The position numbers were made by a program, and so were the translations under genes. DNA of 64,000 bases from the human T2T-CHM13v2.0 reference genome, Homo sapiens, in NCBI RefSeq assembly GCF_009914755.1, contig NC_060937.1. The stretch is one strand, 5' to 3'. Below the pieces are notes generated by a model. That model was not told the DNA's origin. It saw only the letters and a program-made list of their open reading frames with translations, and did not search any database. Of the stretch, positions 1 through 15,800 are shown one piece after another. The number at the start of each line of letters is the position of its first letter. Within the stretch, counting starts at the first letter, position 1.

Positions 1-172
1 AGACCTCGATTCCCCTGACCTATAAAATGTGGTTCTCTCTTACCATTTTCCAGCTATAAAACTGTGGAAGAACTGAAAACAACTTTTAAGTTCTGCAAAA
101 ATAAAAACCATTCTTAGTAACCACACCATCAACAGCTCATAAAATGACAGTGTCACTCTAAAGCTATGCGTA

Positions 173-445
173 GGCCAGGTGCAGTGGTTCATGCCCATAA
201 TACCAGCACTTTGGGAAGTCAGAGCAGGAGGACTGCTTAAGGCCCGGAGTTCTAGAGAAGGCTGGGCAACATAGCAAGACTCTGTCTCTACAGAGGATGT
301 TGTGGAGCACGCCTGTAGTCCCAGCTGTTCGGGAGGCTGAGGCAGGAGGATCATTAAGCCCAGGAGTTCGAGGCTGCAGTGAACTATGACCTGGGCGACA
401 GAGTGAGACCCTATCTCTTAATAATAATAATAGCAAATAAAAATA
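173..445 (+). mobile_element. Alu (AluJ-like)
   Basis: GGCCAGGTGCAGTGG start, dimer, AT-rich tail. Confidence 0.9.
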
Positions 446-634
446 AATGTATGCATAATTTTTGTGAAGGATGTTAGAGAAATGCTGCAAAGAACTTTAT
501 TCCATTAATGTAGTTTCGGTCTTTTCAACAACAAGAAAGCACCACTCTTTGATAAATGGTGGGGAAGTAGAAAAGAACTGGCTGCCAACTGGCATGAAGC
601 ACGGTCACATCCAAAACATACGAGTGGAGTGACC

Positions 635-1410
635 AACATGAAAAATGGCAGAGTAGAAAGCTCCCAGGGTTAGTCCTTCCACCAAAACCATTAAGCTGAA
701 AAATACATCAGAATCAACTATTCTGAACCTTAGAACCTAATCAGACATTAAACACCCAGGGCAGTAGTTGATGAAGGGAGAAGAGAGCACAGCATGCAAA
801 CCAGCTACTATTCCCTACTCCTCAGCATCCCCAGAGGCGGGCACAGGACCACCTCCTAGAGCAGCTGCCTAGTAACAGGGCTGGCAGCGGGAACCTTGCC
901 CTCAACAATTTAGGATTGTGCATTTTGCTCAGTTCTGGCAGTAGCCTGGGGAAACAGCACAGATTCTTGCTTTTGTTTCTGTCCCCTTAGGCTGCAACCT
1001 TTCTTGTTTTTTTCCCTTTATTGAGGGGGATGGGGATCCAGACATTATACTAAATCTCTATCAAGTCATAGCTGTCCAGAGATAGTAAGACAGAAACTTC
1101 AGTGACCACACACAACAAGGAATACAGACTTTGCAAAACTGGTTTAGAAAAGTCATTATACAAATGGATGACTGCAAGCCTCAAAAAAGCAATCACTGAG
1201 GAGGTGGAGAATCTGATTTTCAGAGTCACCACATTACAACATTCAAACTGTTCAGTTCTCACACACACACAAAAAAAATCACAAAACATGCCAAAAAAAA
1301 AAAAAAGGAAAATATGGTGTATTTGCAGGAAAAAAGAATTTGACAGAAACCATCCCTGAGGAATTCCAGACACTGGAATGACTAGTCAAAGGTATTATTA
1401 AATCAATCGT
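635..1410 (+). mobile_element. Old L1M 5' UTR/ORF1-start fragment
   Basis: Starts AAAATGGCAGAGTAGAAAGCTCC; contains ACAGAAACCATCCCTGAGGAA..CAGACACTGGA, typical of L1M 5' ends. Confidence 0.6.
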
Positions 1411-2034
1411 ATCAACGGTATCACACTGGGGTCCCAAAACAAGAGCTGAGCACGCTTACTTCCCCACGACTAACGTGGTTTTTTCAGTGAGTCACTTGTT
1501 GAAATCTCAAATTTCCTGGATGAGAACCATTTCTGCAGGGATCAAATGAGGTCAAATCACAAGTCCAAAAAGATTACACAAGTATCACAAGTCCAAAAGA
1601 TTAGCTAATTCTTGAAGGCAACAACATTTAAATTCCACCACTTTGCTTCAGCAAGCCGTGACGCTTAAAAACAAGGGTGTCAGAAAAATTCTGGATGAAA
1701 AGATCAGTTCATGAAAGTAAGGAAGGAATAGTGTTGTGCAGCTATAGAAATAACAAGAGCTGAATGACACTCAAAGTTTATGTGTGGCATTTTCAAAATG
1801 CAGTAAAATTCATTTTTTAAAATAAGCACAGATTTACATATGTTAAACACAATTTGAATACAAATTCAGAATGCAGGAAGCAGTCAATATGGGAACTTGA
1901 GTGTGGGTACATTACAAAGAAGAAAGGTAAGAACTGGTAAGAGACACTTTAGCCATAGCAGGCCAGAAGGCTGCACAGGTGTGAAACCCTCCTGGTGAGA
2001 GGGTGAGCAGTGAGCTCCACCACCACTTCTCAAA

Positions 2035-2180
2035 CCACGTGACTCTGGGTGAGTCACTTTCTCAGTCTTAGTTTCCTCACCATATCATACAGGAAAATAC
2101 CCACTCTGCCTACCTCGGGGTTACAGAAATCAAATAGTGAATGTGAAAGTGCTGTAAAACGTAAAGCATTATGTAAAGGT
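2035..2180 (+). mobile_element. MIR
   Basis: GTGACTCTGGGTGAGTCACTT..CTTAGTTTCCTCA..TGTGAAAGTGCT core. Confidence 0.7.
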
Positions 2181-4158
2181 ATGACTAGAAACATGAGTCA
2201 TTTGGATTTTTCTAAGTAATCATTTTACCAAAGTGAGCAACGTGATGGAAACTTGCCCCAGTAGAGTGAAGTACCTTGTTCAAGTACACGTGGTTTTGAA
2301 AGCCACTATGTAAATGGAAAAGAGACCACTCTTTAACCTATGTAAAAGTCTGAGGTTAGCTTCCTATGGACAGTTAAAATATCAGAACAAGCACCAAATC
2401 CCTTTCATATGCTTTGTATAAAACCTTTTATTTTATAAGTACTCTAAGTTCACAATCTAAAAATAATTCAAACTGTAAAGAGGGTGTAAAACTCAAAGTA
2501 TTATTCACCACTCCCTCTCTTAAGGTTCATTTCCCTGGAGACAATACCCATTAACGGTTTTAGTTCTTAATAATGATTATCATAACTTTAAATAATATAT
2601 TGCATGCCTCAGTCAACAGCTCTTAATTCTGTGCTTTTGCAAGAAGAGAAATTGACACACACACTACCTCCCAACTCTCCTTCCACAGGCCACCTCCTAA
2701 TTTTTATTACGTGTCACTGGGTAGAGTATTGTTCTAGTGCTTCTACTGGTTCTACATCTAAATCTTTAGCTAGATTTACCAATTCTCATATAGCACGTAA
2801 GAAATCCGGGCTATGAAACAAAAGGAAATAAGCACATTCACCTTTCCTGCTATCCCTCATTTCCTCCACCTCCCAGCCACTTACTCATATATTCAGGGAT
2901 TATAACATTTACATTAGCTTCTATAATTATATCTTCCATGCTTTATCTTTGGTGTATTCAAAAAGCAATTAACTAGAAAGAGTAGATACTTGAAGGGTAG
3001 CTAATGTGTGCAAAGGAGATTGGCTTATGAAGTAGAGAGGGGCCAGTAGAAATGTTAGTAACTTCAAACAAGAAAATTTTAGTTACACATGTTAAAAAAT
3101 GTATAGGTTACTAGCAAAACATAAAATATCATTCCAATAAAAAGCAGTACAGGAAGGCAAAAAAAAAGAAAAGAAAAAGAAAAAGCAAAGGAACAGAAAT
3201 ATAGCCCTCACTCATTAAATTACTGCCCCTCGAAGGAGACTCTTCCATGTTCCAATCTCTTGGTTGTCCTCAAGTGTCTGGAAATCCCTGGTTGGCTGTA
3301 CGGCTTTGTGAATGAAAGATGGTTAGTGTAAGTATCTCAAGAGGGTTTCCTCTGCATTTGCGTAGGTCTGGCTGTCCTAAAAGATCGTTGGTTTCAAGTT
3401 CTATGTGTGTGAGGAGCTGGTGGGCACGTTAACAAGAAGAGCAGTACTCAGAATAGGAATGTCCTTGTCCTGTGTCTGCTGTAAAAACCAAAGTGCTATG
3501 TATGAGCTCTTCTCTGCTCTCTCCACTCTCACGCACTCCTCAGACAAAAGATCACCCACTTTCTGGCAAGACCATGACTCTAGCCTTATCCTAAAGGTGA
3601 AAGCCTGGCAAACCAGCCACTCTGAAGGGGACAGAAAGGAGGCTCCATTGAGCCAGCTATTCTGAATGAACTTCTTTAATTACCATGGTGATGGCAACAC
3701 AGCCATGCACCTACTATGAACTGTTGATTCCAAACTCAAGCTTCCACCAGGGCTCTCTCAAGAAGCCCAGGGTCAGCTGTTAACTAACACTTATTAATTA
3801 TTCTCTCTCCTGCTGTAACTTTTTCTACTAGCTGTTGTCTCTCTAATCCTATTTACTATCTTGCAATCCTCTAGGAATCCTCAAAAATATCTGATCCATT
3901 AATAACACAGTCTATCCTCTAGCTCTATTCCAGTTCAATAAACTTAACGCAAACACCACACTCACCACACTCACATGACATCTTTCTGTTATTTCTATAA
4001 AAATTTTAGAATGGGTGTGCACATGCTTAGACTGATCTCAGGATCCTTTATAACATAGTTTAACAAGAATAGTATTACTTCAAAGTAGTCTACTCTTCCC
4101 AGAATATAAATTATCATCTAAATTACGTAAAAAGCTTTGCTAGTAAACATCTACAATA

Positions 4159-4378
4159 CCATCCTGGCTAACATGGTGAAACCCTGTCTCCACTAAAAAA
4201 TACAAAAATTAGCCGGGTGTGGTGGCGGGCACCTGCAGTCCCAGCTACCGGTGGGGCTGAGGTAGGAGAATGGCATGAACCTGGGAGGGCGGAGCTTGCA
4301 GTGAGCCAATATCGCGCCACTGCGCTCCAGCCTGCGACAGAGCAAGACTCTGTCTCAAAAAAAAAAAAAAAAAAAAAT
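4159..4378 (+). mobile_element. 5'-truncated AluY-like
   Basis: CCATCCTGGCTAACATGG, GAATGGCATGAACC, polyA; TSD TCTACAATA. Confidence 0.88.
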
Positions 4379-4579
4379 TCTACAATAATGGGAGAAATAC
4401 CTGGAGCTAAATCAATCTGATCGGAAACTCTCAGCCCATACCAAAGCAGGTTTCATTCAGACCACTATTTCACTAATAATCACCAACAGTTTTCTTAAAT
4501 ACTACATATAGAAATGTAAAAAAAAATTATATTCAGAAAAATGTCCTAATTTTATTCTAATTTATAAAGCAATATTTGG

Positions 4580-4880
4580 GGCTGGGAGTGGTGGCTTGTG
4601 CCTGTAATCCCAACCCTTTGGGAGGTCAAGGCAATAGGATCACGTGAGCCCAGGAACTTGAGACCAGCCTGGGCAACACAGTGAAATCCCATCTCTAAAT
4701 AAATAAAATAAAAACATCAGCTGGGCATGCCCATTAGGTGGTACATGCCTGTAGTCCTAGCTACTTGAGAGCCTGAGGCAGGAGGATGGCTTCAGCCCAG
4801 GAGTTCAAGGCTGCAGTGAGCTATGATCAGGCCACTGCACTCCAGCCTGGGTCACAGAGCCAGACCCTGTGAAAAATAAA
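4580..4880 (+). mobile_element. Alu (AluJ-like)
   Basis: Alu dimer consensus. Confidence 0.88.
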
Positions 4881-5270
4881 TGTTTAATTAGTCACACATT
4901 ATGACTGAAATGTGTGACTGCCCTATAAATGAAAAAGACTAAAGAAGCTCTCTCTATAGGGTTACTAACAACTTATAGGACAGAATTTGGAGAAAGGTAG
5001 CATAAAAGAAAGCGTTTTGATCAAAAGCAGTTCAATTTCTAAAATTTCTCTATCACATTTGGCTTGCCATATAAGCTCATTCTCTATTATATTCTGAAAA
5101 GAGACACAGAAAAAAAGAGGAGAATAAGTCAGCAACTGAGAGGGTGGAAAAATAAAATTTCAATGAGTTTCAAGGTAAGAAAACATACTTTGCCATGCCC
5201 ACATAAAAGGTAAGCTGTCTCCCAAATCTGTCAGAAAAGAGAAGAGTTACTTTCTAATCAGGTCCCCTAA

Positions 5271-5668
5271 AGTCTTCCATATTACAAAATATACTCTCTC
5301 AATTACTTCATTTTGAACAACAAAGGGTTGTCCAAGGAACTCTCATGAGCCTAAAAAAACCTCAAATAAACAATTATGAGTGCCATTAAAGAAGAACTTG
5401 AACAGTTTATTAATTATGCCTAGAGATTTGATGTCATGATTGTACAAGATAGACGTCATAATAGATAAGCCATCTTCAATCAGTTTTATAAAAAGACTAG
5501 GTCAGTAATTAATGATCTATTAAGTGGGGATATTAGCTAACAAAAAAAATTGTCAATATTATAGAAATGGAAATGCTATCCCAAGCCATACTCACTGACA
5601 CCATCAAAAATGAATTTTAAAGTGCCGTAAACAGACGTACACTTAAATGAAAGTAGACATGTTCTAAC
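5271..5668 (+). repeat. ~400 bp local direct duplication, copy 1
   Basis: Colinear with 7871-8272. Confidence 0.93.
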
Positions 5669-5732
5669 TAAATGTTTCACAGATGCTGAAGATATCTATG
5701 AACAGTTCAAATAAAAATATATCCTAAAACAA

Positions 5733-6025
5733 GGCCAGGTGCTGTGGCTCATGACTGCAATCCCAGCACTTTGGGAGGACGAGGTGGGCAAATCCCTTGA
5801 GCCCAGAAGTTTGAGACCAGCCTGGGTAACATGGTGAAAGCCCATTTCTACTAAGAAAAATACAAAAATTAGCTGGCATGGTGGAGTGCGTCTGTAGTCC
5901 CAGCTACTCAGGAAGCTGAGGTGGAAAAATCAATAGCTGAAGGCAGAGGTTGCAGTGAGCCGAGACCACAAAACCTGGGCAATAAAGCAAGCCTGTCTCA
6001 GATAAATAAATAATCATAAAATGAA
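5733..6025 (+). mobile_element. Alu
   Basis: Alu dimer consensus. Confidence 0.88.
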
Positions 6026-6156
6026 AACATTTAGAATTTATTTTGTTTGATCTCAAATCTCTATCGTAACAACATTTATAAATTTTTTAAGTAAACTTTT
6101 AATTATATCTCAATCCCTAAACATTTATATACTCAAACGTTTAAGTATTGGGTCTA

Positions 6157-6471
<315 letters not shown>

Positions 6472-6950
6472 CTAAAGAATATATAAATTACAAATCTGCT
6501 GCTATTATACATATGGGTATATAACCACATGTAAACACTTACTGCCAGAAGCTAGCTAGGGAGGGGAGAAGGCAGCAAAGAAGGAAAACATGCTTTTCTT
6601 TACTTTCCAAGTTGAAGTTTAAAATATCCCATCCCAAAACACATGAACTTTGTTTTAACAGGGCTCATTTTACATAAAATTCAGGCAGCACCATGGGTTC
6701 TGCTGTAGGATTCTCAAATGATTCCTGCCCTGAGATCAAAATATTATTTTAAACAGACCCCAATTTTCTGTCACACTGCTGAGAGTGGGAGAGTTAGGTG
6801 ATTACAATAAAGTAAACCGCTTTCCATGTTCTGTTTAACCCACTGCCTTCCTTTCAAAACAAACTGTGACCGTTAGAGAAGCACCAAAACTTCAAGGCTC
6901 CTAAGTCCAAGTCTACAACAAGAAGAAAACAGACCTTAATAAAGACCCTT

Positions 6951-7320
<370 letters not shown>

Positions 7321-7870
7321 CTAGGTTAGTTTGTAGAGTCAACTCACGTTAAATTAGAGAAGACAGACTTTTCTGACTTCTAAGTGTATACCTATGTTTA
7401 GCTTTCCAAATATGTACTGACTACCCACAAGGCACCACTAGGCTAAAACTTGATATATGCATTATATGGTCCATATGCTCAGGGAGCATTCAGTATAAAA
7501 AAAGGAAAACCTAGATCAAACATATTAAAAAGGTAAAAATACAATATTTAAGTAATAAAATGATATTTGGGATTTGCCCCTAAAGAATCTGGGAAGGTTT
7601 AAGTTAGAGGGAGTAAAAAAGACACAACATTGGTCAAGAGATGTTTTTTGCGTTAACTAAAGCATGATAGGTGCTTGGGGGTACATAATACTATTTTGTC
7701 TACTTCAATATACATTTAAGTTTTCCCATAATAAAAAAACACTAGATATGGTTAAAGCAAAATACATGATTAACTGCCAAATAAGTGACAAAGATATTGA
7801 ACAAAGATAGTGAACAAACTGCATTTGTTCAGAAAGAGACACCCCTTCACATTAGGTGATGTGTGCCAGT

Positions 7871-8272
7871 AGTCTTCCATATTACAAAATATATTCCCTC
7901 AATTCCTTCATTTTGAACAAAGGGTTGTCCAAGGAAGCCTCATGAGCCTAAAACAACCTCAAGTAAACAATAATTCTAGGTGTCATTAAAGAAGAACCTG
8001 AACACTTTAATTATGTTTAGAGATAGGTCATGATTATACATGATAGATGTCATAATAAATCAGCCATCTTCAATCCGCTTTATAAAAAGACTCAGTTATC
8101 AATGATCTATTAAGTGGGGATATTAGTAAACAAAAAAAATCAATTGTCAATATTATAGAAATGGATATGCTATCCCAAGCCACAGTACTCACTGTGCTCA
8201 CCATCAAAAATGAATTTTAAAGTGCTGTAAATAGATAGATGTATACTTAAATGAAAGTAGACATGTTCTAAC
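7871..8272 (+). repeat. ~400 bp local direct duplication, copy 2
   Basis: Colinear with 5271-5668. Confidence 0.93.
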
Positions 8273-8373
8273 AAACTATACTAGATTTCACAAAAATAAT
8301 CATAAGTAATATACCACACTGATTAAACCTCAGTCAGAGACTTCTCACTGATAAGCTATTGTGAATGCAGTGC

Positions 8374-8937
8374 TGTGGTGGGCAGAAATTAAAGTGTTCC
8401 CCCGATCTCAGCCTGCTAGTATCCATGCCTTTGTATAATTGCCTCCCCTGGAATATGGGCAGGACCTGTGAATTGCTTCTAACCAGTAGAAAATGACGGA
8501 AGAGATGGGATGTCACTTCTGTGACTATGTGACATAATGTAAGACTCCATACTGCTAGCAGACTTGCTCCCTGACTCCCTCATTGGCTTGGAAGGAGCAA
8601 GCTGCCGCGCTGAGAGGACTTATGGAGAGGGCCACATGGCGAGGAACCGTAGGCGGCCTCTCAGCACTGAGGGCAGCTGCCAACTTGGAACCAGAAAAAG
8701 CCTAGAGCCTTCACTTAGTCTTAACAGCTGCAAGAAAACATTCAGCCAGCACCCTAAGTGAGCTTGAAAGCAGATCCATTACCAACTGCAACTGCAGATG
8801 TGACCTGAGCCCTGGCCAGCACACTGAGTACAGCCTTGCAGAGGGCACGGCTTACCTACAACAGAAACTGTTATATAACATGAGTTCACTTCAGCTGCTC
8901 AATTTGTGATAATTTGTTACACAGCACAGAAGAATAC
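8374..8937 (+). mobile_element. MLT1 (MLT1E/F-like) MaLR solo LTR
   Basis: TGTGGTGGGCAGAA start; GTGATAATTTGTTACACAGCA..AATAC end. Confidence 0.75.
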
Positions 8938-8984
8938 TGCTACCATCCATTTAACTATAAACTTTTGCTCCTATATGGCAAACA

Positions 8985-9426
8985 TACTCCGAAAGGCTCA
9001 GGGAGCTGAGAGGCCGAAGAAAGAGGCTAACAAATCCAGTTTCTCAGAAAGAAAAATTTAACAAAGATGTATGAACAAGTCTATTAAAGGCCTGAAAATT
9101 CCAGGAAAGGCTCAGATGGTAAATTTATGAACAGAAGCAATGTCTTGGGCAGCTGAGAGATGGTGTATCCCCTGTATCGCCCTCCAGAAAACACCTTTTA
9201 TAGAGCAAGCTTTTAGGGCAAACACATGAGCAGCTTGACATGCCTCAGACTTTCTTAGGAAACCTGTGACCACTGGAGAGGTTAGATAAGCACCTCCATG
9301 AGGCATTATCAATGCTACAGGCATTGTTTTTGACTTTGCTGCGGGAAAGCCTTGGTATGCAGGAGTCAAACACTGGTCATTATGACTGGTTTCACTTCAA
9401 GATGGTGTCACTCTTGCCATGTGACA
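8985..9426 (-). mobile_element. ERV solo LTR (LTR47-like, tentative)
   Basis: Minus strand begins TGTCACATGGCAAGAGTGACACCATCTTGAAGTGAAACC. Confidence 0.5.
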
Positions 9427-9598
9427 GGCTGTTTACCTACAATTTTTTTCGTATTTTCAGTTTGAAAGTGCCACATTTGCTATGTTTCAGGTAGTGTTTG
9501 CCTTTTCAGTTATTCTACTATTACTCCCTTTGAGTTTAAAGAAATGTTAATTCTAGAATTCCAGGATACAACAGAGAAACCCATATTCACCCTGTAAC

Positions 9599-9720
9599 AG
9601 AGTGACCATATGTCCCACTTTGCCAGAAAGTTTGCACCAGTTGTCATGGCATAATTAATAGCATGCCTTTCCATTCCCAAGGTGTCACAGTTTCAACGGT
9701 AAGGTGTATGATCATTCAGC
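9599..9720 (+). mobile_element. MER94-like hAT-Blackjack MITE
   Basis: AGAGTGACCATATGTCCC..ATAATTAATAGC..GTGTC. Confidence 0.6.
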
Positions 9721-9987
9721 CTTACAATCGCATCCTATATATTAACCAGTATCTTCCCAAGGAAGATTCTTATTCTTTTTACTTTGTTACACTTGCATCC
9801 ATTTCTAATATCAGTAACATTTTGCTGGACTTTTCCCAGATTTATGATTTCTTTGGGAAACCAGTTCAACATACAGATCAAGATACCATACCTAACATGC
9901 AGACACACTTAACAGAGCTTTCTATGTATCGATTCATACCTTACCCTTCATCTGAGTAATTAATTTCTATAATGCTGATATACCCTA

Positions 9988-10401
<414 letters not shown>

Positions 10402-11229
10402 CTATAGCAATTTCATACATGCAAGTCCCACCCTAAATTCTTTCATGTACAAATAAATGCAGGTGAAGTCACATACAAGTGCTAACATGTACTCACCTAG
10501 ACTGATTCACATATTTATTTTAAAAACATTTTCTTATATGGCTTATGTGTGCCAGGAACTATGCTAAGGACAGGTGATACAAAGTTATGACTTATCCTTA
10601 CAGAAAGGGAAACAGAGTTTCTGCCTTTGTTGTTCACAGACAATAAACAAGTGATAGTAAAAAAGATGTTCTAACATACTTGTTTCTCAAAAAGGTTCTA
10701 CTAATTACCCTCTAACAGAGTAAAATAAAAATTAAAACTGCACTCCCTACCTGCAAAATACATTTCTATTGTACTTACATTAAAAATTACACTATGCAAC
10801 ATAAAAAGCTATTGACAAAGCTCATTTCAAGTTTCTCATCTAATGCAATTCTAATCCCCAAAATAGTTTTTTTTCCCTACGTGTTTTGAGTAGGGCAGAA
10901 TAAACAAAAAGACATAAAACTCATGCAATGTCCCCTGAAAGCAAAGATGTTGTGTAGTGACTGGAGGGAGCGAAACAGTGGTTTCAGAAGTACTGATGAC
11001 GTTCTATTTCTTAATATTGGAGCTAGTTGCATAGTACACGTGTAGTTTGTCTGAAAACTCATTGAAGTTTACATTTATGTGAAATTTTCATTTTCAATTC
11101 AGCACAGTTATGAAAACACACAGTCAAAACTTTTAGAATATGAAATCTTAAATCTACATCAATAAGGAATATTAAGCAAAGAAGTATTTTTTCATGCTTC
11201 TATGCCTACAGACACTATAGGGCACAATA

Positions 11230-11400
11230 ACAATAGTGTAATAGTCTAGGTACCATTTATTAAGTGCCTAGGTTAGGCCAAGGACTCTACTAGGAACTTT
11301 ATATACATCATGTACCCTCAAAATAACCTTAGAAGATACTATCCTAATTTTATAAGTAACAAAACTGAAGTCTTCTCTGTAAGTCAGCACTTCAAATCCT
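11230..11400 (-). mobile_element. MIR
   Basis: ACCATTTATTAAGTGCCTA..CCTAATTTTATAAG..AAAACTGAAG. Confidence 0.6.
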
Positions 11401-11722
11401 AAACAGAGCAGAAATTTGATTAATGCTATTCTTTCTTCATATATAAAGCAATTTTAGATATAATAAATTCAAAGATTTTAACTTAAAATTCCAGTTTTTC
11501 AAATTGCAAAATATTCATTTGCTCTAACAAGAGATTAGAGTTGACAATTATGTCCAAGTCAGCTGACAATGATTCTCCAACCAAAATGACACACTAAAAT
11601 TAGAGTATTACTGAACTTCAGAAACGTCACACAAGAATCTCTCTAACGCCTTTTGTAGCTATTCCAATTAAAAAGATAGAAGATTCGAAGAAAAAAAAAA
11701 CACTGAGGTTAATGTGATTTGA

Positions 11723-12045
<323 letters not shown>

Positions 12046-12489
12046 TGAAGTCACTTTTTAAAACATTTCCTTGCTATGTCCACTAAAAGGAACGTATGAT
12101 TAAAAACCATGACACCTCTGTAGTAATGAGCACACATAGAATCGGCATCTTGGTTTCTAAATACCATTCTCCACTAAAAGAAATCAAGACACTTTAGAAT
12201 GTAAGGCTGGAGAAAGGAAGATACAAGATGATTCTATTTTATACCAAGAAGTTAGAAAGTGCTCAAAGAATGATAAAAACATGACAAACAAACACAGGAG
12301 CCAGCTTGAAGCTATTGGTCCCATCAGGAACAATTTGGGTATCAAAATCAATAATAATAATGAGTCACATGAACAAAACAAAAGTCCATGCTACTCTAAA
12401 AAATAAATGAATAGACAGAAAGGAAGTATTTTTCTTGCAGTAGAATGCCAACTAAAACACAGAGAAGGAATGACAGTCCTACTACTAGT

Positions 12490-12625
12490 AGAGGTTGAGC
12501 ATCCCTAATTTGAAAATCTGAACTCCAAAATGTTCCAAAATCTGACTTTTTGAGTGCTAACATAACACCACAACTGGAAAATTCCACACCTGATCTCAAC
12601 TGATGAGTTGAAGTCAAAACACACT
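12490..12625 (+). mobile_element. Tigger4/Zombi terminal fragment
   Basis: AGGTTGAGCATCCCTAAT..GAAAATCTGAA..CCAAAATG. Confidence 0.75.
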
Positions 12626-12631
12626 GAAAGA

Positions 12632-12879
12632 GGCTGGGCGTGGTAGCTCATGCCTGTAATCATGCACTTTGGGAGGCCAAAAAAAAATACAAAAATTAGT
12701 TGGGCGTGGTACATGATGGCGTGTGCCTGCAGTCCCAGCCACTTGCAAGGCTGAAGCAGGAGAATTGCTTGAACTCAGGAGGCAGAGGGTGCACTGAGCT
12801 GAGATCGTGCCACTACACTCCAGCCTGGGTGACAGAGCGAGACTCTGTCTCAAAAACACACACACAGACACACACACAC
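12632..12879 (+). mobile_element. Alu with internal deletion of the left arm and CA-repeat tail
   Basis: GGGAGGCC joins directly to AAAAATACAAAAATTAG. Confidence 0.88.
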
Positions 12880-13542
12880 GCAATGACAGTGAAGACAGTG
12901 AAAAGCCTGGCAGGCCAGTAGAAATGGTCTGCTAAAAAATGTATAACCTGAATCTAATCATGAAGAAACAGCAGCCAAACCCAAACTGAGGAACGGTATA
13001 CCAAACAATTGACTTGTACTTCTCAAAAATGTCCAAGTCGATAAAGACGAAAAAAGGCGGAAGAATAATGATGAAAAGACACTAAAAATGTATGACAAAT
13101 ATAATGCATGATCATCTTTGATACTGGGCATTACTGAGATAACTGATTAAATTTTAAAAATATGCTGTGCATTAGATGACAGCATTGATGTTTTAAATTA
13201 TACCATCTTTATGAAAGAGAATGTCCCTGTTACTGGGAAATGTGCACTTAAGTTTTTACGAATGTACACACAAATATACATTTGTCAAGCAACTTTAGCA
13301 AAACATAAGCAATCACTGGATTTGGGTAAAAGGTATTTGGGAACTTCTTGCATTATTCTTGCAATTTTTCTGTAAATTCAAGATTTATCAAAAAAATTAC
13401 AGTAGTCAGTTTGGAGGGGCTTCCACTGGCAAAATCGAGACTAATTTGAACATCACCAAAAAGAATGACTGTAATTTATTATCAAAAAACTGTAACACTG
13501 AATAAATAAAAATCTATCGTGACACAAAAAAGAAGTGGAAGA

Positions 13543-13908
<366 letters not shown>

Positions 13909-14630
13909 TTAACATCATCAAAAAGAATGATTGTAATTGATTATTATCAAACAACTAAACACTGAATAAATAAAAATCTATCATGACACAAAAAAGAAGT
14001 AGGAGAACAATAAAGGGGAAAAACTCATTTGCAGCATGGGTAGGGAGTATCACATTGATTCCTTATTCTGAAAACTGGCAACTAAAGACTTCATTATCTA
14101 CTTTGTCTTTTCTGAAGAAACAACAGTTCAACACTAGTTAATGAGAAAAAGTTCTTCTTTACAGAGGAATGCCTACTAATAAACATGAAAAAAACAACAG
14201 AATTAGAAAAATACCATTTTGCAGGGCCCAATAAAATAACTGTAAGTGCCCTAATCATCAATGGGTGTGCTGGAGAAAAAGCTATTGGTCAACTGCCAAA
14301 TCCCTCAGATTACATGGTAATCTGCAAAGTGAAATATTTCCCTTATGATGAAGACATTGGTGGTCTCCACTTGAATCAAATCATCAAATTCAGCATCACA
14401 GAGTGATACAACTGCCATCATGTTCCACATGATAACCTGCAATATGAAGAACACAGTATCACTTACAAATTATTCTTCCCCAAAAATGTTTACTCGCAGT
14501 CTAATCAAGCCTTTAGACCTAATTCCCACTTTATAGAAAATATAACGGATAGAAGAGCAAATTAAAAGACACCATAAGGAAATGTTCAGACAAATCCAGA
14601 TAGTGTCATTCTGTGAGACAATCAGTCTTA

Positions 14631-15250
<620 letters not shown>

Positions 15251-15507
15251 AGGTGGTAGGTCAACTTGAGACTGCTATATATTAAAAGAGACTAAAGATT
15301 AAGTATGAGAAATGTAAATACATTTAGCAAAGTAGATAAATTAAAATTTAAAAAGTAATAAAAGAGACTAAAGAGATGTAACAATCAAAAGCATAAACCT
15401 AGATGGAATGACTGTGGTTCAAAAAAACAAAACAGAAAGACCACAGAAAACTTTTTTTGGAAGTTTTGTTTTTTGTTGTTTTTTTTTTTCCCCCAGAAAT
15501 CGGGAGG

Positions 15508-15800
15508 AGCTGGACACAGTGGTTCCTGCCTGTAATCCCAGCACTTTGGGAGGTCGAAACAGGCAGATCCTTTAAGCCCAGGAGTTCGAGACCAGCCCGG
15601 GTAATAGGGCCAAATCCTGTCTCTACCAAAAAAAGAAAAAAAAAAAATCAGCCAGGCATGGCGGCATATGCCTGTAATCCCAGCTACTCAGAAGGCAGAG
15701 GTGGGAGAATCACCTAAGCCCAGGATGTCGAGGCTGCAGTGAGCCACGATCGCACCACTGCATTCCAGCCTGGGCTGGACCCTGCAGCAGAGTGAGACCC
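15508..15800 (+). mobile_element. Alu (AluJ-like) lacking polyA tail
   Basis: Alu consensus ends at GAGACCCTG. Confidence 0.88.
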
